Of a stretch of 64,000 nucleotides of DNA, positions 1-8,327 are shown in pieces. Every line of letters starts with the position of its first letter. Positions within the stretch are counted from its first letter, which is position 1. The position numbers were made by a program, and so were the translations under genes. The stretch is from an uncultured Verrucomicrobiota bacterium (GTDB lineage Bacteria; Verrucomicrobiota; Verrucomicrobiia; Limisphaerales; AAA164-E04): contig CAYPZD010000005.1 of assembly GCA_964415055.1 (NCBI GenBank), forward strand, positions 903 to 64,902. Direction: 5' to 3'. The notes beneath the pieces are model-generated. The model was not told the DNA's origin. It saw nothing but the letters and a program-made list of their open reading frames with translations, and did not search any database.

Positions 1-64
1 TCTTACGATCTCCTCTCCGACAACTACATGATCCGGTTTCGCAAAAAGGATTGAAGGATTTCAA

Positions 65-478
65 TCAGGATTTCCATGGGTTTATGACATCCACACCATC
101 AGGAAAATCAGATTCGTTTCTGGTGGCGATGACAAGCTGATATTCGAGAGCTGTTGCCGCAATAAGGCTGTCCATCAAGTTTAACTTTCGGCCTCTTTTT
201 TGGTGATAAGCGTAAAAAGCACCCCATCGGTTCATTACAGATCCCGACACAGGAAATAGCCTACCCTCAGTCCACGTTTCGATACGTTTATACCAATTTT
301 CAATCTGGGAACGGCGTTTTGAACGATTGAGCAACTGGATCCCCTTGACGAGTTCCCCCATGGTTAGCACGCTCACCCCCAATTCAGAGTCGTTCTGTCG
401 AAACCATTCCATCACTCCCTCATGAGGATGAGGTCGACACAGTTCACTCAGCACATTGGTGTCCACGAGATATGTCAT
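65..478 (-). CDS. vapC: PIN-domain ribonuclease toxin (VapC/FitB-like), type II TA
   Basis: 137-aa ORF with N-terminal YLVDTNVLSE acidic motif and C-terminal ATRNESDF typical of PIN toxins. Lies 8 nt downstream of a small antitoxin ORF. Confidence 0.85.
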   Translation of the reverse strand: MTYLVDTNVLSELCRPHPHEGVMEWFRQNDSELGVSVLTMGELVKGIQLLNRSKRRSQIENWYKRIETWTEGRLFPVSGSVMNRWGAFYAYHQKRGRKLNLMDSLIAATALEYQLVIATRNESDFPDGVDVINPWKS

Positions 479-486
479 GCTCAGTC

Positions 487-729
487 CTACTGGAGCAAGA
501 AATCTCTTGCCGTATCTTCGCTTCGATCAACACCCCACCCTTTGACTGGACACTCCTGCAGTATGTCAGCCAACGTTTCTCTCGGAGTCATCTGTTGAAA
601 CTTTTCCATGGAAACAACCACGACGGTAGGTCGACCATGCCGGGTTATCATTTGAGGACCATTCTCAAGGACAGTATCCACCAACTTGCTCAGTTTATTC
701 TTAGCATCTTGAAGTGACCACGATGTCAT
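487..729 (-). CDS. Phd/YefM-family antitoxin
   Basis: 80-aa ORF. WSLQDAKNKLSKLVD...GPQMITRHGRPTVVVVSMEKF resembles the Phd/YefM N-terminal fold. Immediately upstream of vapC. Confidence 0.8.
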   Translation of the reverse strand: MTSWSLQDAKNKLSKLVDTVLENGPQMITRHGRPTVVVVSMEKFQQMTPRETLADILQECPVKGWGVDRSEDTARDFLLQ

Positions 730-837
730 GAAAACACCTTAGCACACAATTCTAGCTAGTCTAGCTATTTTAATGCAAACCAGCATTGTGGCGAGATACC
801 GCTGAAGTAAATTCACCGACGGACCCAAAAATTCTCA

Positions 838-881
838 TTGACAAACCTACACTTGTAAGCAAAGCTACTCCTACACTTGTA
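838..881 (+). promoter_or_regulatory. putative blaI promoter with two BlaI-type TACA-N2-TGTA operator dyads
   Basis: TTGACA at 838-843. Identical 10-bp palindromes TACACTTGTA at 848-857 and 872-881 (24 bp centre to centre), ending 10 nt before the ATG at 891. Confidence 0.6.
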
Positions 882-890
882 GGACACCAT

Positions 891-1304
891 ATGACCACAC
901 ACTCAAAACCAAAGAAGACTGATCTTCCAGACCTTTCCCCAAACCAACTCGAAATCATGCAGGAAATCTGGGATCGCGGTGAAACCACCGTCAGCGAAGT
1001 GTGGGAAAGTCTGCTATCCCAACGTCAGGTGGCTCGGAACACGATTCTGACCCTGATGGATCGACTCACTCAAAAAGGATGGCTGAAGCGTCGCGTGGAC
1101 TCGGGGGTTCACTATTACTCCGCCACTACCGCACGCAAAAAGACCCTGGGCAACATGGTCAATCAATTGATCGAAAAGGCATTCGGAGGTTCAAGCGAGG
1201 ATATGGTGCTGACGCTCCTTGAAAGTCGAGGCCTGAGCAAACAGGAATCCGCCCGCATTCAATCACTCATCGAACAAGCTGCTAAGAAAGAAAATGACAA
1301 ATGA
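891..1304 (+). CDS. BlaI/MecI/CopY-family winged-helix transcriptional repressor
   Basis: LSPNQLEIMQEIWDRGETTVSEVWESL...RNTILTLMDRLTQKGWLKR...HYYSA matches the penicillinase-repressor fold. Start moved from ORF-track 786 to ATG 891. Stop overlaps the next ORF (ATGA at 1301). Confidence 0.85.
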   Translation: MTTHSKPKKTDLPDLSPNQLEIMQEIWDRGETTVSEVWESLLSQRQVARNTILTLMDRLTQKGWLKRRVDSGVHYYSATTARKKTLGNMVNQLIEKAFGGSSEDMVLTLLESRGLSKQESARIQSLIEQAAKKENDK

Positions 1305-1639
1305 CCGCCTCATTCATATTCGATACAGGAATCCAATGGATGGTTATCGCTTCGATCATCATTTTCGCAAGCGGCACGATCGCACACCTGTTCTTTAGCA
1401 AAAGCGCGGTATGGCGTTATCAAATTTGGTTGAACGTGCTGGTTGCGATTTTTTTGCTCCCTTTGGTCACCCTTTTTATTCGATCAATGGAATGGAAATG
1501 GACACCAACATGGAAGCTAACAGCGCAAACCCAGACGACTCAAAACGCGCCGAATACCCCACCAACATCCAGTGATTCGATGCCCGAATTCAGACCCGAA
1601 TTAACTGATACATTGTCGTTAAAAAACCTGCATTTCTAA
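1301..1639 (+). pseudogene. N-terminal fragment of a BlaR1/M56-type sensor-peptidase (truncated, no HEXXH)
   Basis: 112 aa, translationally coupled to blaI. Has 2-3 hydrophobic helices like the BlaR1 N-terminus, but ends at TAA 1637-1639 before any metalloprotease motif. No M56 domain follows in any frame. Confidence 0.5.
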
Positions 1640-1920
1640 GCAAGTTCCGCTTGGACATCATTGCAACCAAACACCCCGACGCAAATCTGGAGTGCTTCCG
1701 GCTGGACGGAGCTTTGGATACGATACTTGCGCCAACCAACCTCCTCAATCCCTCGGTGCTGCCCCATCCTTTATTCCACCAGCAACACAAAAAATATAAA
1801 ATCACCTGCTCGCAAAAAGGATTGAAACTTTCCAACTCTTGGAAATATGACGATTACCGAATTCATCAATCTCCCAGGCATTTTGGTCTCATGAATACAA
1901 GGGCCATTCTGGATTGAAGT

Positions 1921-2076
1921 GTACAGCACCGCTCTGGATACGGTACGATTTCCCGGGTCGGTCCCAAATACTGCCAGTCTGACCTTGCACCCTTGTGATC
2001 GGCCCTTTGGTCAAGTGTGGTTAAAGTGACCAGCAACCCACAACGTTTCCCTGGCGTATCCAGAGCGGCGCTGCAC
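1921..2076. repeat. 156-bp element bounded by 22-bp imperfect terminal inverted repeats (MITE-like or structured RNA)
   Basis: GTACAGCACCGCTCTGGATACG at 1921-1942 against the reverse complement of 2055-2076 (GTGCAGCGCCGCTCTGGATACG), 20/22 match. No credible ORF inside. Confidence 0.6.
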
Positions 2077-2135
2077 GCCGCACTCCAGATTTGCGCAAGG
2101 GAACCTTTGGAAGCGTCAATGACAAACATTCGCCT

Positions 2136-2200
2136 CCTCCACCACAAAACCACACGAGGTGTTTCCCCCTAACCTCTTCGTGGCTTTGTGCCTTTGTGAG
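2136..2200. repeat. REP-like imperfect palindromic element built from 8-bp CACNAAGN units
   Basis: CTTCGTGGCTTTGTGCCTTTGTGAG at 2175-2200 is a near copy of 34838-34864. A degenerate inverted partner (CCACAAAACCACACGAGG) lies at about 2143-2160. Confidence 0.55.
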
Positions 2201-2270
2201 AAAAAACATTCAGGAAACTCAAACCCTTTAAGCTCGCAAGTTGCCCCGTTTAGCCTTAAACATTCTGGGC

Positions 2271-3089
2271 ATGAGCGAGACACCAGCAGCCCTGTTTCCA
2301 CGTTTGAAGGGCGCCAAACATTTTTTTCTGATCGCCGGCCCGTGCGTCATTGAGGACGAGGCGGGCTGCCTGGAAATCGGACGACACATGAAAAAGATCT
2401 GTGCCCGTCTCGATATCCCCTACGTGTTCAAAGCCAGTTTCGACAAAGCCAACCGCTCATCCAGTCAATCCTATCGCGGCCCCGGCTTTGATCATGGATT
2501 GGAGATCCTTTCCAAAATCGGTCAGGACCTCAAACTCCCGGTCCTGTCGGACATTCACACCGAACAACAAGCCCTTGCAGCAGGCAAGGCCCTGGACATT
2601 CTCCAAATCCCCGCTTTCCTTTGTCGCCAGACCGATTTGCTCCAGGCCGCCGCCTCGACCAAACGCATCATCAACATCAAGAAGGGCCAGTTTCTCAGCC
2701 CGAACGACATGCGCAACGTCGTTGATAAAATGAAACAGTTCGGCAACCAAAAGCTTCTGCTCACCGAACGCGGATCGAGTTTCGGCTACAACAATCTGGT
2801 GACGGACATGCGTTCGATCCCGATCATGCAGGGATTCGGATGTCCGGTGGTCTTTGACGCCACTCATTCCGTTCAACTGCCCGGCGGCCAGGGTGACAAA
2901 TCCGGCGGCCAAGGCGAGTTCGCTCCCGTCCTGGCGCGTGCCGCGATGGCGGTTGGCGCCGAGGGATTGTTTGTGGAAACACATCCTGATCCCACACAAT
3001 CTCCCAGCGACGGACCGAACATGATCCCTCTGTCCGAAATGAACGCTCTCCTGAAGCGACTGTCCAAGATCAAAGCTGCACTGAAATGA
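2271..3089 (+). CDS. kdsA: 3-deoxy-8-phosphooctulonate (KDO-8-P) synthase
   Basis: FFLIAGPCVIEDE, YVFKASFDKANRSS, ATHSVQLPGG and FVETHPDP motifs. ATG 2271 preferred over TTG 2241. Confidence 0.93.
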   Translation: MSETPAALFPRLKGAKHFFLIAGPCVIEDEAGCLEIGRHMKKICARLDIPYVFKASFDKANRSSSQSYRGPGFDHGLEILSKIGQDLKLPVLSDIHTEQQALAAGKALDILQIPAFLCRQTDLLQAAASTKRIINIKKGQFLSPNDMRNVVDKMKQFGNQKLLLTERGSSFGYNNLVTDMRSIPIMQGFGCPVVFDATHSVQLPGGQGDKSGGQGEFAPVLARAAMAVGAEGLFVETHPDPTQSPSDGPNMIPLSEMNALLKRLSKIKAALK

Positions 3090-5032
3090 CATTTTCCAAC
3101 ACAAACCTCATATCCTCGCGTCTCCACCATTTGGATCCCATCCAGCCAAAAGGACTCCCATCCTTTTGGATTTGTATCATGTTGTTGATCGGGTGTACCC
3201 TGCATTCACTCGCTCAAGACGAAAATCTGTTGCAAGGAACCGTCAGGGGAGGTTTCAAAACAACCATTTCCGATGGGGAGAAGGTCGGTGTGGTTTTCCG
3301 GGGGGATGAAATCATCGATGGTCGAATCACCGGATTGAGCATCCAATTCAACGAAGACACTGAAGAAGCCAAACCCAAATTCTACGCCGAATCTCCTTCA
3401 TGCGATCTAAGTCCCGGTGGAAATGATTTTTCTTCGAAAGATTCCATCAAGTTCTGGACAGCTGACGAACGACTGATCATTGAAGGCGTGGGGTGGGCAT
3501 GGATAAAATCACAGTCCCTGCTCATCATCAGCAACAAAGTGTCCACCACCATTCGCAAGGATTTCATCGAGGCCAATCCTTCCGCCGATTCCAGCACGAC
3601 GGCCAGGCAGGACGGAATCATCAACATTCACTCGGATCGGTTTTCGTTCAAACGCAGCACCTCCCAGGCAACCTTTCAAAACAATGTCACGGCGGAAGAT
3701 CCTGGCAGACTCGCGATGACATGCAACCAGCTGCGCATTCATCTCGGTGAAGATTCCGAAAAATTGAAGGAAGTGATTGCGGAAGGATCGGTTCAATTGA
3801 ATTTGTTGGATCAGAAACTGCCCGTTAAAGCTCAAGCCGGTCGTGCCATTTACAGTTTCGGTTCGGACAACGAAGGCACCCTGGAACTGCTGGATGGGCC
3901 CACCTGGTCAGCTTCCGGTTACGAGGGCGGAGGGGATCGCATCGTGGTATCGGATGCGGAATCACAGGGACATTTCCTCGTCCTCGGCAACGCTCAGGCC
4001 AGTCTGGATCCGAAAAACATCCGCAACCAAACACTCACCACTCCAAACCCGGAAACAGGCCTGATTGAAATCACCTCAGATCAATACAACTTCGATGGCG
4101 ACAAGGTGCAGTTCGAAGGTTTGGTCAAGGCAACGCAACAGCAAAACTGGACACTGCAATGCGACACTCTGACGGCAGGCGTCAACCAGGAATCGGGTCA
4201 GGTCAGGGAAATCGATGCGAGGGGAAATGTCCGACTGACTCAAGTGCGCCAGGGGAAAACCATGCAATCCAGCGCCAACCAGGCAATATACCGCCCCCTT
4301 CAAAGCGGTAGTGAATCCATTGTGCTGACGGGATCGGCCGAGGTGGATACAGGGGAATACCTTGCCCGCGGCCAAAGCATTGAACTGGTGCAATCCGGCG
4401 AAAAACAAACCATCGACGTCACCGGCCTGGCGACACTCGAAATGCCGGTGACGACCGTGATTAACATTGGCATTCTCAATCTCCCCGAAACCAACAAGGA
4501 CACAGACACTTCAGCTGAACCTTCCAGGCTGCAGGTCACAGCCGATCGCTATCAGTTTGCCGATCAGAAGGCGATTTTTGAAAACAACGTCAAAGTATAC
4601 TTCGCAGACTCCACCATGGGATGCCAAAGGATGGATGTTCAATTCACACCGGATCGCAACGGCATCGAATCCCTTGAAGCCTCCGGAAACATCCTGTTCT
4701 CGGGAGAAGAAGGAAAGATGACCTGTCAGAAGGTTATCGGCTATTTCTCAGAAGACACCCATCAAATGGAACGTTTGGTCGCAACCGAATCAGTCAGGCT
4801 AACCCACCCCAAGGGCAAGGCCAAAGGCGACAAAGCCACATTCTACCCGCAGACCGCCACCGTGCACTTGACCGGCGATCCTCAGGTCGTCGCTCAAGTT
4901 CCATCATCCGGAGGGGGACGACCAAATTATTTCCATGCAGAGGGAGGAACCCTTTACTGGAATCAAGCCCGAAGCCGGTTCAGTGGCAAAGGAATGACGG
5001 TTAAAACAATCGAGAATCCCGACTTGTGGTAA
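3086..5032 (+). CDS. LPS-transport protein, LptC/LptA-like with three tandem OstA-type modules
   Basis: N-terminal hydrophobic anchor, then three repeats of the LptA pattern (INIHSDRFSF...ATFQNNV; IEITSDQYNFDGDKVQFEGLV; LQVTADRYQFADQKAIFENNV). ATGA overlap with kdsA; followed by lptB. Confidence 0.7.
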   Translation: MTFSNTNLISSRLHHLDPIQPKGLPSFWICIMLLIGCTLHSLAQDENLLQGTVRGGFKTTISDGEKVGVVFRGDEIIDGRITGLSIQFNEDTEEAKPKFYAESPSCDLSPGGNDFSSKDSIKFWTADERLIIEGVGWAWIKSQSLLIISNKVSTTIRKDFIEANPSADSSTTARQDGIINIHSDRFSFKRSTSQATFQNNVTAEDPGRLAMTCNQLRIHLGEDSEKLKEVIAEGSVQLNLLDQKLPVKAQAGRAIYSFGSDNEGTLELLDGPTWSASGYEGGGDRIVVSDAESQGHFLVLGNAQASLDPKNIRNQTLTTPNPETGLIEITSDQYNFDGDKVQFEGLVKATQQQNWTLQCDTLTAGVNQESGQVREIDARGNVRLTQVRQGKTMQSSANQAIYRPLQSGSESIVLTGSAEVDTGEYLARGQSIELVQSGEKQTIDVTGLATLEMPVTTVINIGILNLPETNKDTDTSAEPSRLQVTADRYQFADQKAIFENNVKVYFADSTMGCQRMDVQFTPDRNGIESLEASGNILFSGEEGKMTCQKVIGYFSEDTHQMERLVATESVRLTHPKGKAKGDKATFYPQTATVHLTGDPQVVAQVPSSGGGRPNYFHAEGGTLYWNQARSRFSGKGMTVKTIENPDLW

Positions 5033-5046
5033 TCGCAGACTGAGGC

Positions 5047-5832
5047 ATGATCGATCCCGACGAGAACATGGACGCAATCGAAAGCGAAACTACCGAAAGT
5101 AATCAGAGGAATCTGCTCCTGCAGACATCTGAGCTGGCCAAAGCCTACAAAGGACGCCGTGTCGTGGATGGCGTATCCATTCACGTCGAAGAAGGCGAGA
5201 TCGTTGGATTGCTCGGGCCCAACGGCGCAGGCAAAACCACCTCCTTCAACATGGTGGTTGGAGTCGTTCGACCGGACGGTGGAGAAGTTTACTTCCGGCA
5301 GACTCCGGTTTCCAATCTGGCCATGCATCAACGCGCGCGATTGGGCATGGGATACCTCACACAGGAACCGTCGGTATTTCGAAAACTGACCGTGGCGCAA
5401 AACATCCTGGCCATACTGGAAACCTGTCAACTGACTTCCAGGGAGCGTAAGATCCGGCTTCAGGCTTTGCTTGACGAACTGGACCTCGCGCGTTTGGCGG
5501 ACAGCAAGGCATACACCCTGAGTGGTGGAGAAAAACGTCGATTGGAGATCACCCGCGCCCTGGTCACGCATCCAAAACTGCTGCTGCTGGACGAACCTTT
5601 CAGTGGCATCGACCCCATCGCGGTTTATGAAGTTCAAAAAATTGTGCGTCGGCTCAAAGAAAAAGGTTTGGGCATTTTGATCACCGACCACAACGTCCGG
5701 GAAACCCTCAAACTGGTCGATCGAGCCTATATCATCCATCAGGGAAAGGTGCTCTGCCATGGATCGGCGGAATTCCTGGCCGAAGATCCCCAAGCCAGGG
5801 AAATCTATCTGGGACCGGACTTTAACTTATGA
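5047..5832 (+). CDS. lptB: LPS export ABC transporter ATP-binding protein
   Basis: Walker A GPNGAGKTT, signature LSGGEKRRLEI, Walker B LLLLDEP. Length and C-terminal YLG motif typical of LptB. Position after lptA-like gene. Confidence 0.92.
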   Translation: MIDPDENMDAIESETTESNQRNLLLQTSELAKAYKGRRVVDGVSIHVEEGEIVGLLGPNGAGKTTSFNMVVGVVRPDGGEVYFRQTPVSNLAMHQRARLGMGYLTQEPSVFRKLTVAQNILAILETCQLTSRERKIRLQALLDELDLARLADSKAYTLSGGEKRRLEITRALVTHPKLLLLDEPFSGIDPIAVYEVQKIVRRLKEKGLGILITDHNVRETLKLVDRAYIIHQGKVLCHGSAEFLAEDPQAREIYLGPDFNL

Positions 5833-6797
5833 AAAAGACAGGGAAGTCAAAAGAGCCATCCGTCCGAGTGGATGCGTTTCTGAAGGAACACAGCGAGGAA
5901 CTGCAGTTGCATCCAATCGGTGAACCCATTGGACTCCACCGTCAAATCAAGGAACCAACGGTCAACCGTCCCGGGCTGGCTCTGGTTGGCTACAAAAAAT
6001 ACTTTGCCAGCAAACGCGTTCAGGTATTCGGGAGTGTGGAAACAACTTATCTGCGCTCACTTAATTCTGATGAGCGAGCCGAACTATATGATTGGATCTT
6101 CAAAACCCGCATCCCATGTGTCATTTTCTCACGCAATCTGAATCCTGACAAAGCACTCCTGAACGCCGCGCAAAAGGCCAAGGTGCCGGTATTCAAAACT
6201 CCCCTTATCACGATGCGATTCATCAATCTCGCAACCCTTGCGCTGGAAATGATGTTCGCACCCAAAACAAATGAAATCGGCTGCATGGTCGATATTCTGG
6301 GTGTTGGAGTGATCATACGCGGAGACAGCGGCATTGGTAAAAGCGAAGCTGTTCTGGCTCTGGTCGAGCGAGGGTACAGCCTGGTTGCCGACGATATCAC
6401 CAAGGTCACCCGGATCGACCATCATTACGTCGTCGGCACAAGCGACGAGATGATGCGGAACCTGATGGAGATCCGCGGGATTGGTCTCATTGATGTGGCT
6501 GCGATGTTTGGAGTCCGGAGTATCCGCAAGGAAAAACAGGTCAATCTGGTCGTCAACCTCGTCCACTGGGACAGCCGGAAAGAAATCGACCGATTGGGCC
6601 TCGATAACGAGTATGTCGAAATCCTCGGTGTCAAGATCCCTCACATTACCATCCCTGTCAGTCCCGGGCGCGATGTCGCACGACTCATCGAGGTAGCTGC
6701 TTTCCAAACCAAATTAAAGGCCTCAGGAATCAACACGGCACAAGCATTGAGTGATCGACTGGTCCGGAAAATGACCAGTAAAAGGCCGGCACATTGA
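5829..6797 (+). CDS. hprK: HPr kinase/phosphorylase
   Basis: GDSGIGKSE P-loop, LVADD and MEIRGIGLIDV signature. ATGA overlap with the lptB stop. Confidence 0.92.
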   Translation: MKKTGKSKEPSVRVDAFLKEHSEELQLHPIGEPIGLHRQIKEPTVNRPGLALVGYKKYFASKRVQVFGSVETTYLRSLNSDERAELYDWIFKTRIPCVIFSRNLNPDKALLNAAQKAKVPVFKTPLITMRFINLATLALEMMFAPKTNEIGCMVDILGVGVIIRGDSGIGKSEAVLALVERGYSLVADDITKVTRIDHHYVVGTSDEMMRNLMEIRGIGLIDVAAMFGVRSIRKEKQVNLVVNLVHWDSRKEIDRLGLDNEYVEILGVKIPHITIPVSPGRDVARLIEVAAFQTKLKASGINTAQALSDRLVRKMTSKRPAH

Positions 6798-6925
6798 GGT
6801 ATGCGCAATGCTTGGGGCTGCCTCCTCAAGATTTAAAGTTAAAAAAATCGCTCGCATCGTTCGATATCTCTTGTATAATTGCGGACCGCATAGCCCCAGA
6901 GGCCTTGCGGAGGAGTAGTTTTAAA

Positions 6926-7216
6926 ATGCCTCAACCAAATACAGTAGAATCAATCACAAAAGAACTGGTCGTTCAAAACAAAATGGGCATTCACGCCAGA
7001 CCGGCAGCGATGTTTGTTCGCATTGCCACTCAGTTTGATGCGGATATTTTTGTGGAAAAGGACGGCGAACGGGTGAACGGGAAAAGCATCATGGGACTGA
7101 TGATGCTGGCTGCCGGGCCCGGCAGTAAGTTGATTGTTGAGGCGAGCGGCAAAGATGCCGACAAGGCGGTCGAGGGATTGGAAACGCTCCTGGCCAACAA
7201 GTTTGACGAGAAGTAG
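6926..7216 (+). CDS. ptsH: phosphocarrier protein HPr/NPr
   Basis: 96 aa from ATG 6926, with GGAGGA a few nt upstream. GIHARPA (His-15 site) and NGKSIMGLM (Ser-46 site). The ORF-track start at 6794 is an unlikely extension. Confidence 0.9.
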   Translation: MPQPNTVESITKELVVQNKMGIHARPAAMFVRIATQFDADIFVEKDGERVNGKSIMGLMMLAAGPGSKLIVEASGKDADKAVEGLETLLANKFDEK

Positions 7217-7264
7217 TTGGCACAGAAGCCCCGTCTATGCTTCCGCCAAGCTTGTGCTTTCAAA

Positions 7265-8044
7265 TCATAGCGCTTCTGCAATTCGCTCGATTGCAAGAGC
7301 TTTCCCGGTCGACTCGTCCACTTCAACCAAAACCCCACGCAGCTTGACATCTTCCTGAGCCACACCAAAGCGCTGTGGTTGAAGCGTCAGGAACCGTTTG
7401 ATCACCGGGTCGATCTCACGCCCCAGTACACTGGCTTGCGGTCCGGTAAACCCCGCATCGCACAGAAAAGCGGTGCCTCCTGGAAAGATTTGCTCGTCGG
7501 CAGTGGGAACATGGGTGTGGGTGCCGACCACCATGGACACACGCCCGTCCAGAAATCGCCCCATGGCAATTTTTTCAGAGGTCGCCTCGGCATGGAAATC
7601 CACCAGAATAATGGGCGTCTGCTCCCGAATCTCTTCAATGACTTCTTCCACCGCATGAAAAGGATTGTCCAGATCGGGCATGAATGTGCGTCCCTGCAAA
7701 TTCACAACCGCCACTTTGATACCGGACTCATTCTGCCAAATCACCCACCCGTTACCGGGAGTTCCATCAGGATAATTCAGGGGACGCACAAAATTCGGCT
7801 CTTTTTCCAACAGGCCAATGACTTCGCGTTGATCCCATAAATGATCCCCTGTCGTGATCACGTGAACTCCGGCATCATATAATTCCCTGGCCGTTGCAGG
7901 TGTGATCCCCGCCCCGCCAGCGGAATTCTCACCGTTTGCCACAACCATATTGACATCATGTTGTTGCACTATTTTCGGCAATCGCTCTCGCACCACTTTC
8001 CGCCCCGGTCTCCCTACAACATCCCCAATAAATAATAGATTCAT
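7265..8044 (-). CDS. YmdB-family metallophosphoesterase (2',3'-cyclic-nucleotide phosphodiesterase-like)
   Basis: MNLLFIGDVVGRPGR, ANGENSAGGAGIT, TTGDHLW and DFHAEATSEK motifs. Start set at ATG 8044. Confidence 0.85.
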   Translation of the reverse strand: MNLLFIGDVVGRPGRKVVRERLPKIVQQHDVNMVVANGENSAGGAGITPATARELYDAGVHVITTGDHLWDQREVIGLLEKEPNFVRPLNYPDGTPGNGWVIWQNESGIKVAVVNLQGRTFMPDLDNPFHAVEEVIEEIREQTPIILVDFHAEATSEKIAMGRFLDGRVSMVVGTHTHVPTADEQIFPGGTAFLCDAGFTGPQASVLGREIDPVIKRFLTLQPQRFGVAQEDVKLRGVLVEVDESTGKALAIERIAEAL

Positions 8045-8128
8045 ATGCCGCAGATTAGGCCGCGTGATCCCTTGATTGCAAGTTCGCGCCCGTTTCCAAA
8101 GAAAAACCATCTCACAGCAAAGTAAAAA

Positions 8129-8161
8129 ATGACAAATTCATGACAATTAAACTTAATGACA
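8129..8161. promoter_or_regulatory. three direct ATGACA repeats in a divergent promoter region
   Basis: ATGACA at 8129, 8140 and 8156 in the AT-rich 283-bp gap between the ymdB-like gene and the LysR gene. Binding factor unknown. Confidence 0.3.
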
Positions 8162-8327
8162 TCTAATTAGTTTTTCTTATTTATTTTCTTGCCTCTTATT
8201 GCTTGTTCTGCATATCCTCAAGACTGAACGGGCCGGAACACGATTAAATCAGCTAACACTTGTTATGAAACACATCAATCCTCGGATGCTGAAAGAACCA
8301 TGGAGCCCGGAGAAGGGAGACTGAGAT

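Noticed and set aside
786-890. 35-codon N-terminal extension of BlaI from ORF-track start 786.
   Set aside because: The extension would run through the TTGACA and both operator dyads. BlaI-family proteins start close to the wHTH, so ATG 891 fits.
1921-2076. Tried to name the inverted-repeat element as SRP RNA, 6S RNA, tmRNA or RNase P RNA.
   Set aside because: None of the conserved cores I know is present: the SRP GGAA-tetraloop/AGCAG region, the RNase P GGAAAGUCCGG, or the tmRNA tag and acceptor. It is kept only as an unnamed repeat or structured element.
7217-7264. Possible third locus of the CACNAAG REP-like family in the ptsH/ymdB convergent gap (GGCACAGAAGC...CCGCCAAGCTTGTGC).
   Set aside because: Only loosely similar and the pairing is ambiguous. 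It could simply be a small bidirectional terminator. Too degenerate to count as a copy.
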